Notes under the pieces: model-generated | Database searches by the model: none | What the model saw: only the letters and a program-made list of their open reading frames with translations | What the model was told of the DNA's origin: nothing | Position numbers and translations under genes: made by a program | Source: Nitrospirota bacterium | GTDB taxonomy: Bacteria > Nitrospirota > UBA9217 | Direction of reading: 5' to 3' | DNA: 64,000 nt | Assembly: GCA_963741205.1 (NCBI GenBank) | Contig: CAVUHW010000026.1 | Span: forward strand, 128,001 to 192,000 | In this document: piece by piece, positions 42,438 to 54,512 of the stretch | Position numbering within the stretch: the stretch's first letter is position 1 | Layout of the letters: each line of letters opens with the position of its first letter

Positions 42438-43007
42438 TCATTCCCCTCCTGGCGCCGCGCCGTAGACCGACCCGGCAAGCTTCAGGAGTTTGGAGCTGAT
42501 CGTGAGGCCCGCCTGCCGCGCCGCCGCGGCGTTGATATCGAAGCGGACCTTGTTGTCCTGCAGATAGAAATTTATGATGACTCCCTGGCGGGCAAAACCG
42601 GCGGTGTCGCCGACGGTCAGGACGCTGGCACCCTCGAGGGCCTTCATGATTCTGGGAAGGTCGTGTTCCGCCTGGGAGCCGATAAAGAGGACGTGGCACG
42701 TCCCAAGGCTGTCGCCCTGCGTCACAGGGAAGGTCGCGATCTTCCGGCCCGCGGCAATCTGACCGCTCAGCTCGTTGAAGGCGTTCAGGACCGACGGATC
42801 GGCCATCACACACACCCGCAGGGTTTCGTCGCGCATCATCGGGGCGGGCCACTCCACGAAGGCGAGAAAATTGAGCAGAAATGCCGCTTTCATCTTATAC
42901 TCGCCCGGCTGCGGCTGGCCGGAGACCGGATTCGCGCCGGCCCTAAGAGCCGCGGTAAAAATAAGACAAAGCAGTAACAGTATGCGAAGGAATGGCTTCA
43001 TGAACAT
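42438..43007 (-). CDS. YfiR-family periplasmic protein
   Basis: signal peptide; EYKMKAAFLLNFLAFVEWP, CHVLFI, VLTVGD, VRFDIN..AA..AGLTISSKLLKLA. Confidence 0.9.
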   Translation of the reverse strand: MFMKPFLRILLLLCLIFTAALRAGANPVSGQPQPGEYKMKAAFLLNFLAFVEWPAPMMRDETLRVCVMADPSVLNAFNELSGQIAAGRKIATFPVTQGDSLGTCHVLFIGSQAEHDLPRIMKALEGASVLTVGDTAGFARQGVIINFYLQDNKVRFDINAAAARQAGLTISSKLLKLAGSVYGAAPGGE

Positions 43008-43479
43008 GCTGAATGAACCTCGCTACAACGATCTGAGGGATTCTTAGTTGCAATATTTTTGTTTGTCATTCCCGCGAAGGCAGGAACAAATGCCTGGCTT
43101 TACCATGGCCCCTTCCTGCGCTGCGCCCCGGTACTTCGGGAATAATAAGGATAAGATCCCGTCAATTATACCAGAAAGCAAATCCGCCGTACACACGGAA
43201 TTGGCTGCATGCCGGTAGCCACTCGGGACACTGGTAAGAGTGACGATGTCCGTATCGCAAAACGTTTTTCGATTACGTCTTTATGACGAACGGCGAAACA
43301 CATGGCCGAAACGAGCTTTGACACTGTTTCCCTTTTTTTCAGGTCCCCGTCTCTGGACCGGAGTAGGTTACGAATGCCGGACATTACGAACGCCGGGGCA
43401 TTGACGTTTCGGGGACATTGGCATACACTAGAATGAGTGTTTCTTGAGGGCAACGGATAACGGCGAGGGGGGTAACGGC

Positions 43480-44109
43480 ATGAAAAGAACATTAGGTCGA
43501 TGGTGCTTTCTTACTCTGCTGCTGTTGCTGCCGCATGCGGACCTCTCCGCCGCTTCGCTCGACTGCAGCGGCGGTATCATTTCCGTGGGCGACAGCCGGG
43601 CTGACCTCCTCGCCAAATGCGGCCCGCCCGACTCGAAAGAATCGCATTACGAGGAACTCAGCTCACGGCTTGATCAGGGCGTGAGGCAGAAGCTTTTTGT
43701 CACGGTTGAAGAATGGACATACGATTTCGGCCCCAGCCGGTTCACCCGCATCGTCACGCTCACGAACGGAAAGGTCGCCGACATCCGGTCCGGGAACTAC
43801 GGGTACCGTAAAGGCGCGGGACCCGAACAGCGCGAGTGCACCGAGCAGGCCGTTTCCGTCGGGGACTCGAAGAGCGACGTCATCGCCAAGTGCGGGGAGC
43901 CCACGCTGAGAGACACTCATGAGGAAGAATTTGCGCAGCGACTGGAAAACGGCGAGGTGCGCAAGACCGTCACGGTCGTCGAAGAATGGACCTACAATCT
44001 CGGTCCCAACCGCTTCATGCGCATATTAACGTTCAGAAACAGCAAGCTTGTCGACATCAGGACAGGCAACTACGGATATGAGCTGAAGCAGGAGGAAAAG
44101 AAGAAGTAG
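43480..44109 (+). CDS. secreted protein with two tandem DUF2845-like domains
   Basis: signal peptide; duplicated C..ISVGDS....AKCG.P...VEEWTY.FGP.RF.RI.T..N.K..DIR.GNYG. Confidence 0.8.
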   Translation: MKRTLGRWCFLTLLLLLPHADLSAASLDCSGGIISVGDSRADLLAKCGPPDSKESHYEELSSRLDQGVRQKLFVTVEEWTYDFGPSRFTRIVTLTNGKVADIRSGNYGYRKGAGPEQRECTEQAVSVGDSKSDVIAKCGEPTLRDTHEEEFAQRLENGEVRKTVTVVEEWTYNLGPNRFMRILTFRNSKLVDIRTGNYGYELKQEEKKK

Positions 44110-44199
44110 CACTGCGCATGGAAATCGCATGGGAGCATAGCGCCAAGACGCATAGCGCTATGAATCTTTTCGCCATGCCCTATGCGCCATTCGCGTCTT

Positions 44200-46123
44200 C
44201 TATCCGTCTTTCACCTTGAAACTCGCGACCGGCGCAACTGCCTTGAGCCGGGATTTTTCGACGAAACCCTTGACGGACGCATAAATGCCGTCCGCGTCCA
44301 GACCGTACTTCTGCCTGAGGACTTTTTGCGAGCCGTGTTCGATGTACCTGTCCGGGAGCCCGATGCGGAGCGTCTTGACGCCCGTGACCCCCTTCGCATC
44401 GAGGCATTCCAGCACCGCGCTTCCGAAACCGCCGTGGAGACAGTGCTCCTCGGCCGTCACGATCCTGCCCGTTCTCTTCGCCAGGGAAACGATCATCTCT
44501 TCATCGATGGGCTTCACGAACCGCGCGTTCACCACGGCAACGGAGAGCCCTTCCTCCGCAAGCCTCTTTGCCGCCTCGATGGAAGCACAGACCATGTTGC
44601 CGATGGCGACGATGGCCGCATCGCCGCCGTCCTTGACGAGCTCCGCCTTGCCGATCCTGAGGGTGCTGAGTTCCTGGTCCATGGGAACGCCGCAGCCGGT
44701 GCCGCGGGGATAGCGCACTGCTGCGGGGCCGGGATGCTCCACGGCGGTCTTGATCATGTGCTGCAGTTCGTTCTCGTCCTTGGGCGCCATCACGACCATG
44801 TTCGGCACATGGCGAAGATAGGCGATGTCGAAAACGCCGTGGTGCGTGGGGCCGTCCTCGCCGACGAGGCCGGCGCGGTCGAGGGCGAGCGTCACCGGCA
44901 GGTTCTGGAGGCAGAGGTCGTGCACTACCTGGTCATAGGCGCGCTGGGTAAAGGTGGAGTAGATGGCGGCGACCGGGTGGAGGCCCTCGGCCGCGAGGCC
45001 GCAGGCGAAGGTGACTCCGTGGGATTCGGCGATGCCGACGTCGAAGAACCTTTTGGGATACAGGTCGGCGAATTTGTCGAGTCCCGTGCCCTCAGACATG
45101 GCCGCGGAGATGGCCACGAGCCTGTCGTTCTCCTCGGCAAGCTTGATCATGGTCTGACCGAAGACTTCGGTATAGCTCAGGATGGACTGCTTTTTGGCCA
45201 CGGTCTTGCCGGTGCCCGGATCGAAGGGCGGCGTGCCGTGGTACTGGGACGGATTACACTCAGCGAAAGAGCACCCCTTCCCTTTTTTCGTGATCACGTG
45301 GACCAGGACCGGCCAGGCGTAATCCTTGATGTTCTCGAAGGTCCTGAGCAGGTGGTCGATGTTGTGTCCGTCGAGGGGGCCGATATACTGGAACCCGAGG
45401 TCCTCGAACAGCATGCCCGGCACCATCAGGCCCTTGATGGAATCTTCCGCTTTCTTGGCCAGGTTGAACATGGAGCCGCCGACCTTGGGTATGCCCTGGA
45501 GGAAATGCTTGGTCGTCCTGCCGAAGCTTTGTGTAGAAGTTGCCCGTCATGAGCCTGTTTAAATACGCTGAGAGCGCGCCCACGTTGGGCGAGATGGACA
45601 TCTCGTTGTCGTTCAGGATCACCATCAGCTTCTTCTTGAGGTGCCCGGCCTGGTTCATTCCCTCGAAGGCGAGCCCCGCGGAGATGGAGCCGTCGCCGAT
45701 CACCGCGATGACCCGGTAGTCCTCGCCCTTGATGTCCCTTGCCGCCGCAATGCCGAGGGCCGCGGATATGGACGTGCTCGCATGGCCCACGTCGAAATGA
45801 TCGCAGGGGCTTTCCTCGCGCTTGGGAAAACCGCTGATGCCGCCGTGCTGGCGGAGGGTGGGAAACTGCGCGCGCCTGCCCGTGAGAATCTTGTGGGCAT
45901 AGGCCTGATGTCCCACGTCCCACACGATGCGGTCATTTGGCGTATCGAAGGCGTAGTGCAGCGCGATGGTCAGGTCCACAACGCCCAGACTCGATGCAAG
46001 GTGCCCACCCGTCTTCGACACCACCTCGATGATCTCCCCGCGGACCTCCTCCGCGAGCGGGGGCAGTTCTTCCCGGGAGAGGGCGCGCAGGTCATTACTG
46101 TCATGGATCTTGTCGAGAATCAT
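44200..46123 (-). CDS. dxs: 1-deoxy-D-xylulose-5-phosphate synthase; frameshift near 45520
   Basis: [65 protein letters not shown]. Confidence 0.96.
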
Positions 46124-46245
46124 GGGTACCTCTCTGAGAAAATACCAAAGTTACAAATCCAAATACAAGGACCAAACTTCAAGTTCCATGTTTTGAATTT
46201 TGACACTGGCATTTGACTATTTGGATTTGGTGCTTGGATCTTGTC

Positions 46246-47140
46246 TTAATTCACTCTGTTGACAATATACTTCGCCAGTTCCCGGAGCGGATCGGCCTTG
46301 CGCGTCCGAAATCCTTGCAGCGAAGCGACGGCCTTGTCAGCGACCTCCATCGCCCTGCGGCGAGACTCTTCGAGTCCATAGAAGGCCGGAAAGGTCTTCT
46401 TGCCTTTTTTGATGTCGCTCCCCACGTCCTTTCCGGTCTCTTCCCGCTTGCCGGTGATGTCCAGGATGTCGTCGGCGATCTGGAACGCAAGGCCGACCAT
46501 CTCGCCGTAGTGCGTGAGCGCCGTGAACTGGCGTTTGCCCGCCTTGGCGTAAAGCGCGCCGGTCCGGACGGACGCGCGGATGAGGGCGCCGGTCTTGTGC
46601 GTGTGGATGTATTCGAGCGTGGGAAAGTCGACATCCCTGCCTTCCGATTCCATGTCAACGACCTGACCGCCGACCATGCCGTGGACGCCGGAAGCGGTGG
46701 AAATTTCCTTGATGATGGCGATGAGCCGGCCCGCGGGAACTGCCTTGAGCCGCCGTTGATCGGACAACACCTCGAAGGCCATGGTCAAAAGCCCGTCGCC
46801 CGCGAGGATTGCGATGGCCTCGCCGTATACCTTGTGGCACGTTGCCATGCCGCGGCGATAGTCGTCGTTATCCATTGCCGGGAGGTCGTCATGGATGAGC
46901 GAGTAGGTGTGGATGAGTTCCAGCGATCCCGCGATGGGCAAGCAGGTCAACGGTCTTTGCGCCAAGGGCCTCGGCCGCGGCCAGCGCCAGGATGGGCCGC
47001 ACCCGCTTGCCACCGGCAAAGAGGCTGTAGCGCATGGCCTCGTGCACCGACGGCGGAAAAGCATCGGCGGGCGGCACGAGCTTCTCGAGCGCCTTGTCTA
47101 CGATTTCTTTCTTTCTGGAGAGATAGGTCGTGATGTCCAT
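46246..47140 (-). CDS. ispA: farnesyl/geranylgeranyl diphosphate synthase; frameshift near 46950
   Basis: AMRYSLFAGGKRVRP, SLIHDDLPAMDNDDYRRG, GGQVVD, HKTGALI, FQIADDILD. Confidence 0.94.
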
Positions 47141-47244
47141 GTATAAGTCCGAATAGCATCAAGTAACAAATGAGCTCTAGATGTCATTCACTTCTGACAT
47201 TCCATTTCACTTCTAACTTCTTACTTCGTGACTGACTATTTTCC

Positions 47245-47472
47245 TTACTCTTCTTCTTCGAACGGCTCGGCGGTGATGTTGCCGGCCTTGTCTTTGAGCA
47301 GGATCTCGACCTTGCGTTCCGCTTCCTCGAGCCGCTTGTTGCAGATGCGCGAGAGCTTGATGCCTTCCTCGAAGAGCTTGAGCGATTGTTCGAGCGGGAC
47401 ATCGCCCTTTTCGAGCTCCTGCACGATTTCCTCGAGCCGGGCCATTGCCGCCTCGAATTTTTTTTCCGCCAT
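47245..47472 (-). CDS. xseB: exodeoxyribonuclease VII small subunit
   Basis: FEAAMARLEEIVQELEKGDVPLEQSLKLFEEG..L..AERKV. Confidence 0.95.
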   Translation of the reverse strand: MAEKKFEAAMARLEEIVQELEKGDVPLEQSLKLFEEGIKLSRICNKRLEEAERKVEILLKDKAGNITAEPFEEEE

Positions 47473-47782
47473 GGTGGAACGCTCCCCCGTCAGACAGACG
47501 GGCCGCCGAACATTGAAAACTGTTTTGAATTATATCCGGAAGATAGAGGCAAATCAAGAGAAATGCGGGGAATAACCGGTCCGACACCTGCTAATTTCTC
47601 CTCATGCTTTCCTCATGGGGGCCGAAGGTGAGTTGGTAAGCGAAGTATGAAGACAATTTGTTGTCACCGTGGAGGTCGCTTCCGACGGAGAAGAGGAGAT
47701 GATGCTCGACGGCAAGATTTATGATCACCCTCACATTGATCGTCATCATTTTGAGACGATGGAATTTGTCATCTATTGCCTA

Positions 47783-50700
47783 TCAAAACTCCTTCCACAG
47801 CTCCAGCGCGCTCCGCGCGGAACGGAACCCGAACTGCTCTGCAGCGCCGCGGCAAAGGGGCTGCGAAAGAGCGGGCGCATCCGTTGATCGTCTCCACGAC
47901 GATCCTCTGAAGCGGTTGAAACTCGCGGGCGAGCAGGTCCTTGAAGAGGACAAAGTAATCGGCGAGACGGGCATCATCCGGCTCTACGAAAATATCCAGC
48001 CCCTTTCCCATCCGTCTTGAAATCATGACGAGGCGGCTTCCATGATACACCAGATAGGTCGAGGCCACGCGCGGGGGGAATCCGCGAAGCGATTCAAGGC
48101 CGAGTCCGCACAGGGACGCGGGGTCGGTCGCGTTGATCCAGAACACGGCGTCCTGCGGCAGGGGCTCCTGGAGCATGCGGAAGGCCTCATGGGAGATGAA
48201 CTGCGGACCGGAAATCCCTTCAAAGAAATATCCTGACAGGATCTCGCCGGACAGTTCCATCAGGCGCAGCGACCTGAAGATGGACCGCCACTGGAGGGGC
48301 GGAAGTTCGTTTGCCAGGAGGTCGCGGAAGAGGACGCCATACCGTTTGAAGAGCTGCCGGATGCGGTCCTTGACGAGTTCCTCCTCTTCCAGAATGTCTC
48401 GCTCTTTGCGCGGCGCATCGATCCGCTGCCAGTTGCCCGTCCAGGGGACGGGAGACCTTCCAGCGGTTAAAGCCGGACCTTCGCGATGAGAGACGGGCTT
48501 CCTCGGCAAAGGACTGCGCCGTGAAGCCGGTCATGGCGCCTTTCCGGACCGTCCGGAACGTATCGCTCGTGACGTGTCCCTTCCACGCCTCCTTCCAGAG
48601 CAGCTCCGTGGCATGAACGCTGTCCATATGCGAAAGCTCGGTTATCTCGAAGAAGCTGTACCTGCCGCGTCTGTCCGGGATCAGATGATCGAGCTCTGCC
48701 GTGTATTCGGGGCGCTCTTCACGATCGTCCGGCCGGAAGAGCTCGACGTCCTCTCTGAAGGCGAGGCTGATGCGCTTCGGTCCGCAGCCGAACCAGATGA
48801 GGTCGCTCCGGTTCATGAGGGTGTCAAGCCATTCGCTCCGGTATGGCCGCATCCGCGCAGGAAGAATATGTTCCTCCCAGGCCGCGGCCGGCGCGGACCA
48901 TCCGAAGAGCTGCTCCAGCCGAGCCTGGAGGTCCTCCAGTGATTCTCCCCGCGGAGCAACGCCCTGGAAGCTTGCCAGGAAAAGCGCGAGCTGTTCCAGG
49001 GGTAGCGCCTGGAAGGAGGGCTGCCGATAGCGCCGCGCCATGCGAAGAAGCATCCCGAGATTTTCGCTGTCGCAGATTTCGAGCAACCTACTCCCTTCTC
49101 CGAACCGGTCCATGACCACATCCTGAGACTCGATCAAGGGTTCTATTGCTTCATCGAGCCGCTCGGCGGTTATGCCCAGAAGATTCAGGACAGTCCTTCT
49201 TTTTCCACAGGGCCGTAGTAGGACAGCCATGCTGCCGAAAATCGAAGACGTCTCGCTCACCCGGCCGTACTCCGCCGAGGGGAGCGCGTGTTGCCGATCC
49301 TCTCGGTGCGCCCCTCCCGCGTGGAAGGTAGGGAGGAGCATGCATCGCAAGACCGATCCTACGACGAAGACTTCCGCTGCTCTCTTCCGGAGAAACGGCT
49401 TCAAGCGTCACGACATCAGGATGCAGGCGAAAGGCGACGAGCACCTTCGGCAGCGCTTCAAGGCTTGACAGGAGCGGATGTCTTACCCCGGGCCATGATA
49501 TCCAGAACAGTTTCCTTGCTTCTACCCGGAGCCATTCCCCGGCGTCCTGGTCAAGGTCCCTGCGGATCGCGGCGGCAAGCTCCTTCCATTCAGGCTCCGG
49601 GATGAGAAGCCGTTCCTTCACCCAGTCCAGAAGTTCGAGGGCAGAGCCCGGCGTATACCCCGGCGCGGTCCGCTTCAGTTTCCCGTCCAGGACGCGGATC
49701 ACCTCCGGCGGGATCTTCGGACGAAGGTGTGCGGAGAACAGGATCTCTTTGATGAGGTCGGGACGCAGGGCCGACTCCCTGGCAAGAAGCGGGGTGTCGT
49801 CCTCGTACATATACTTGTTCGTCTGTTTCCATACGAGGCCTCCGGCAAAGGGCGAGGCCGTCCTGGTCACGGTCTCGCTTACGCGGATCGCGCCTTCCCT
49901 GATATCGTCGAGCATGGCCTTCGCATGGGGAAGATCGAATTCGTCCTCAAGGCAGGTGCGCCAGGTTTCGAGCAGGACCGGAAAATCGTCATAGGCGCGC
50001 ACGGCCGCGAGCAGCTCCTTTGACCTGAGCCGGATAAGCCAGAGCGGCATCCTCCGCTTGAAGCTGGATTTGGGAAGCAAGAGCGCCCGCTCCGCGTTCT
50101 CCCGGAAACGGGCGCCGAAAAACCCGGTCTGCTCCAGTTTCCTGCGCAGGAAGACCTCGATGTTCTCCGGCGTAACGAGGGAAAAGAGGTCTTCCGTTCT
50201 GAACTCGTGCGGAAGCATGAGAAGGACGGCATCGTCATTCAAAATAAATTGAAGCGGCTTATGCTCCTTCTCTTCCCAGGCCTGGGAGAGCGCCAGCGCA
50301 AAGGGCCGGTTCACCCTGCCGCCCCAGAAGGTATGCAGGATCACCTGCTTTAAATCGCCCCGGGCCGCGGGGTCTTCGACATGTTCGATGAGGAGATGAT
50401 GGCGGTGCGGGAGGCCGCTTCCGGTTGCTTCCTTCTGCAGTTTCAAAAACCCGATGAGTTCATCCGGCGGCCGCCTCTTCCATAGCGTACCGCTCCAGAA
50501 GCTCCTGCTTGAAATCGGGAGAATCCAGCCGCCTGTCCGCGTGCTCCAGAAAGAGACCGACCCTCTCGGCGAGATGAAAATCCCGGTCCTGTTCCTCGGC
50601 CTTCCAGAACGGGAAAATGCCGGCGGTCGAGCGCACGGGGACCACCTCCACGTCGTTATGCGTGATCTTTTCGATGCGCCAGAGCTGGGTGCCTAACGTG

Positions 50701-52315
50701 AAGGTCTCGCCGAGGGAGCGCTCCCACACGAATTCCTCGTCCAGTTCCCCGATCTTGGCGTGCGTATCTTTAAGCCGCAGGTCGAAGTAGCCCCGCTCGG
50801 GGATTGTGCCGCCCGACGTATAGATGAGATACGGGACCTCGCTGTGAGCCTGGACCGTGTTGTCCACGCGGTCAACCGAGACGCGGGCCTTCAGCTCCCG
50901 CAAGCGGCTGTCCGCATAGCGGCCCGCAAGCATTTCGAGAACGAGATCAAAGTGCCGTCTCGGCAGGTTGCGATAGGGGTACGAGGTCTTTAAAAACGCG
51001 TACAGCTCGTCGATGTCCCACCTCTCCATCGCGGTCATCGAGAGGATGATCTGCGCAAGAATATCGAGCGGCGCTTCCACCGGCCTGACCTCTTCGATGT
51101 CCTGGTCCAGGATGGCCCGCGCCATGACCGCCGCGTCGATGAAGTCCCGGCCGTGGGTGGGATAGAGCAGGCCGCGGCTCGTCTCCCCCACGGCATGCCC
51201 GGACCGGCCGATGCGCTGAAGGGCCGCGGAGACCGAACGCGGGGTCTGGATCAGCACCACCTGGTCGAGGCTTCCGATATCGATGCCGAGCTCAAGCGAA
51301 TTCGTTGCCACGATGGCCTTGAGCTCGCCGTTTTTGAGCTTCTGTTCCACCGCGAGCCTGATCTCGCGCGAGAGCGACCCGTGGTGCGCGTAGGCGAGTT
51401 CAGCGGATTCAGCCTCGTTAATCAAGCGGGTGACTTTTTCCGTCGTCCTCCTGCTGTTCGCGAACAGGAGCGTCGAGCGGTGCCTGGAGATGTTCTCCTT
51501 AAAGGCATCGATCAGGGCGGGCCACCAGGAATCATCGACCATTTTTTCGCGCGCATCAGGCGGGAAAGAAACTTTATTTCGTAGGTCTTGGCCTGGCGGG
51601 ACCGGATGATCGAGACGCGGCGCTTTTCATAATGGCTGTCCCTGCCCTTCCCGGTCCGGAGAAGCCCTCCGACGAACTCCGCCACCCGTTCAGGGGGATT
51701 GACCGTGGCGGAGAGCGCGATGCGCTGGAATTCTCCGGCGAGCGGGACCAGCCGGTCCACGCGCGGTGATCAGGTGCGTCCCCCGCTTGGTCCCGACGAC
51801 GGCGTGGATTTCATCAAGGATCACCGTGGCGATACCCGTGAGCATGGAGCGGCCGCTCCGGGAACTTAAAAGAAGATTGAGCGACTCGGGCGTCGTGATG
51901 AGGATCTCCGGCGGCTTGCGGACCATCTTCCGCCGTTCCTCTCCCGGCGTGTCCCCGCTCCGGGTAAGCACCGTGATCTCCGGGAAAAGAAACCCCTGCG
52001 AGGCGAGAAATATTCCCGAAGTTCCCGAAGAGGCTTCAGGAGGTTTCTCTGGACGTCGTTGTTCAATGCCTTCAAGGGCGAAATGTAGAGGACGCGGACT
52101 TTGCCCCGCGGCCACACGCCCGAGATGAGCTGATTGATCCCCCATAAGAATGCAGCCAGCGTCTTCCCGCATCCCGTGGGCGCGGTCACGAGCACGTGCC
52201 TTGCCTGCGCGATCTCGGGCCAGGCCTTCTCCTGGATTTCCGTAGGGGTCCCGACCTTTTCGGAGAACCATTGCTGGATGAGCGGATGGAAGAATGAAAG
52301 TCTCGATGCGGACAT
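47783..52315 (-). CDS. lhr: Lhr-family ATP-dependent helicase with C-terminal winged-helix region; split by about five frameshifts
   Basis: PTEIQ, APTGCGKT, YISPLKAL, TTPESL, DEIH, LSAT, HHGSLS, SLELGID, QRIGRSGH, GGTIP, GELDEEF, RYGVLFR, ATDPA. Confidence 0.9.
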
Positions 52316-52790
52316 GATCTTGCGACCTCATGTAAAACATAATCCAGGACGGGTAAAAAAGCAAGGAACCGGGGCTATTTCCCGCTTTTCCGCTTTCTTT
52401 TTTGCAAAAGCAGATCGCCGGAAGAACGAGCTTGCCTTTGAATATGAGAAAGCCAAGAGAGGAACGAGCGTTTCGATCATGATAAAGAGTTTAACATAAT
52501 AGAAATTGCGTTCTCCTGAACGTCACTACCCGGCAGCCTGTGGCCAGCGCCTATGAGTACGTTGCGCGAATGCAGGTGAATGCCTCTATCCCAGATAAAA
52601 TCGTTCGAGGACGAATCCCGTCTGTGCGGTTCATAGCCCTGGTTCAAAAGCTGCGGGATTCCCCTGAAGCCCTGCCCCGGCATGTTTGAAGCAGGGACGG
52701 GGATGACGACTCTTGACGAATGCATCATGATATAATGGATAAAGGCAGTCATGGTTTCCCGTCGATACTTGACGAGAGCGAGGACACCGC

Positions 52791-53927
52791 ATGTCCCTGA
52801 TGATAGGAGTGCTGAAGGAAACGGCGCAGGGCGAACGGCGCGTCGCCATCATTCCCGACGTGGTCAAAAAGTACAAGGCCCTGGGCGCTGATATCTGCAT
52901 CGAGCGCGGCGCGGGAGCAGGCAGTTTTTTCAGCGATGAGGACTTCAACGCAACGGTCATCGCAACGAACAGCGCCGACGTGTTCGCCCATTCCCAGATC
53001 GTCCTGAAGGTGCAGCCGCCCCTTGATGACGAAATCCGCGCGATGCAGCCGGGGACGGTGCTTGTCGGCTTCCTGCACCCTTACGCCGACCCGGAACGCG
53101 CGCGGCTTTTGTGCGAGCGGAACGTTACGAGCTTCGCCGTGGAACTCATCCCGCGCATCTCCCGCGCCCAGAGCATGGACGCCCTCTCCTCCCAGGCCAC
53201 GGTGGCCGGCTACCAGTGCGCCCTCATAGCCGGCGTGATCGCCCCGAAGTTCTTTCCCATGCTGACCTACGCCGCCGGCACGCTGCGGCCCTCGCGGGTA
53301 CTGGTGATCGGCGCCGGGGTCGCGGGCCTCCAGGCCATCGCGACCGCGCACAGGCTGGGCGCCGTCGTCGAGGCCTACGACGTGCGGCCTGAAACGAGGG
53401 AGCAGGTCGAGTCATTGGGCGCGCGGTTCGTCGAGACGGGCGTTGCCGCCGTGGGCGCGGGCGGTTACGCGAGGGAACTGACCGAGGACGAAAAAATGTC
53501 CCAGCAGGAAAGGCTCACGAAGGCCGTGTCGCAGGCGGACGTGCTCATAACCACCGCGGCCATCCCGGGCAAGAAGAGCCCGCTGATCATCACCGCAGAC
53601 ATGGTCGCGCGCATGAAAAAAGGCTCGATCATCGTGGACATGGCCGCCGACAGCGGAGGAAACGTCGCCGGCTCACGCCCCGGAGAGACCGTGGTCAAGG
53701 ACGGCGTCACGATCTCGGGCACCGTCAACCTGGCCTCCCGCATGCCGGTCCATGCCTCGGAGATGTACGCGAGGAACCTGTACAACTTCATCTCGCCCTT
53801 CATCAAGGACGGCGCGCTCGCCCTCGACTGGAACGACGAAATCCTCGCGGGAAGCGTGTTCACGCGCGAAGGAAACATATGCAACGCAGGGGTGAGGAAG
53901 TTTCTAGAGGGAGAAAAGAAATCCTAA
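52791..53927 (+). CDS. pntA: NAD(P) transhydrogenase alpha-1 subunit (dI)
   Basis: GERRVA, RISRAQSMDALSSQ, GAGVAGLQA, YDVR, GGYA, TAAIPG, GGN. Confidence 0.95.
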   Translation: MSLMIGVLKETAQGERRVAIIPDVVKKYKALGADICIERGAGAGSFFSDEDFNATVIATNSADVFAHSQIVLKVQPPLDDEIRAMQPGTVLVGFLHPYADPERARLLCERNVTSFAVELIPRISRAQSMDALSSQATVAGYQCALIAGVIAPKFFPMLTYAAGTLRPSRVLVIGAGVAGLQAIATAHRLGAVVEAYDVRPETREQVESLGARFVETGVAAVGAGGYARELTEDEKMSQQERLTKAVSQADVLITTAAIPGKKSPLIITADMVARMKKGSIIVDMAADSGGNVAGSRPGETVVKDGVTISGTVNLASRMPVHASEMYARNLYNFISPFIKDGALALDWNDEILAGSVFTREGNICNAGVRKFLEGEKKS

Positions 53928-54048
53928 GCACGAATCACTGCATTCTAAACAATTTCATATTTTGAATCTCATTTAAATTTCACTTTGGTCATTCGCTATT
54001 GTTTAGAATTTTGAGTTTGGTGCTTAGTATTTCTTCCGGAGGAACATC

Positions 54049-54381
54049 ATGGAAGGTTTCACTGCGCTCTACATATTCATGCTCGCGGCATTCACCGGTT
54101 ACGAGGTGATCTCGCGCGTGCCCGTGATCCTGCACACACCGCTCATGTCGGGCTCCAATTTCGTGCACGGCGTGGTGCTGGTCGGCGCAATGGTCGCGCT
54201 CGGCGAGGCCCGGACGCCGCTCGAACAGGCCATCGGCTTCATCGCCGTGCTCTTGGGCGCGGCCAACGCAGCCGGCGGCTACGTGGTCACGGAGCGGATG
54301 CTGGCGATGTTTAAGAAAGACGACACTGTAAAATCCAAATTGCAAATGAACCGCAAAGGCGCAAAGAACGCGAAGGTATGA
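54049..54381 (+). CDS. NAD(P) transhydrogenase alpha-2 membrane subunit
   Basis: YIFMLAAFTG, LHTPLMSGSN, GGYVVTERMLAMF. Confidence 0.93.
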   Translation: MEGFTALYIFMLAAFTGYEVISRVPVILHTPLMSGSNFVHGVVLVGAMVALGEARTPLEQAIGFIAVLLGAANAAGGYVVTERMLAMFKKDDTVKSKLQMNRKGAKNAKV

Positions 54382-54512
54382 AGATCTACCAATACCAGAT
54401 AAGAGCTCTCCTTCGCGCTCTTAGAACCTTTGCGATAAACGCCTTTGACTTTTAGAAACCTGACTCAAATCTTTAAGATCAGCTCAACGATAAAGTTTTT
54501 ACAAAAGACATC

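Noticed and set aside
43170-43430. Possible c-di-GMP riboswitch between yfiR and the DUF2845 gene
   Set aside because: Could not build the GEMM two-hairpin consensus on either strand
41018-45552. Long antisense ORFs (e.g. 41018-42400, 44182-45552; also 33788-35458 and 327-1628)
   Set aside because: Shadow frames of GC-rich genes with no motifs or RBS
47647-47887. Small plus-strand ORF between xseB and lhr
   Set aside because: Unclear start, overlaps the lhr 3' end, and no recognisable motif
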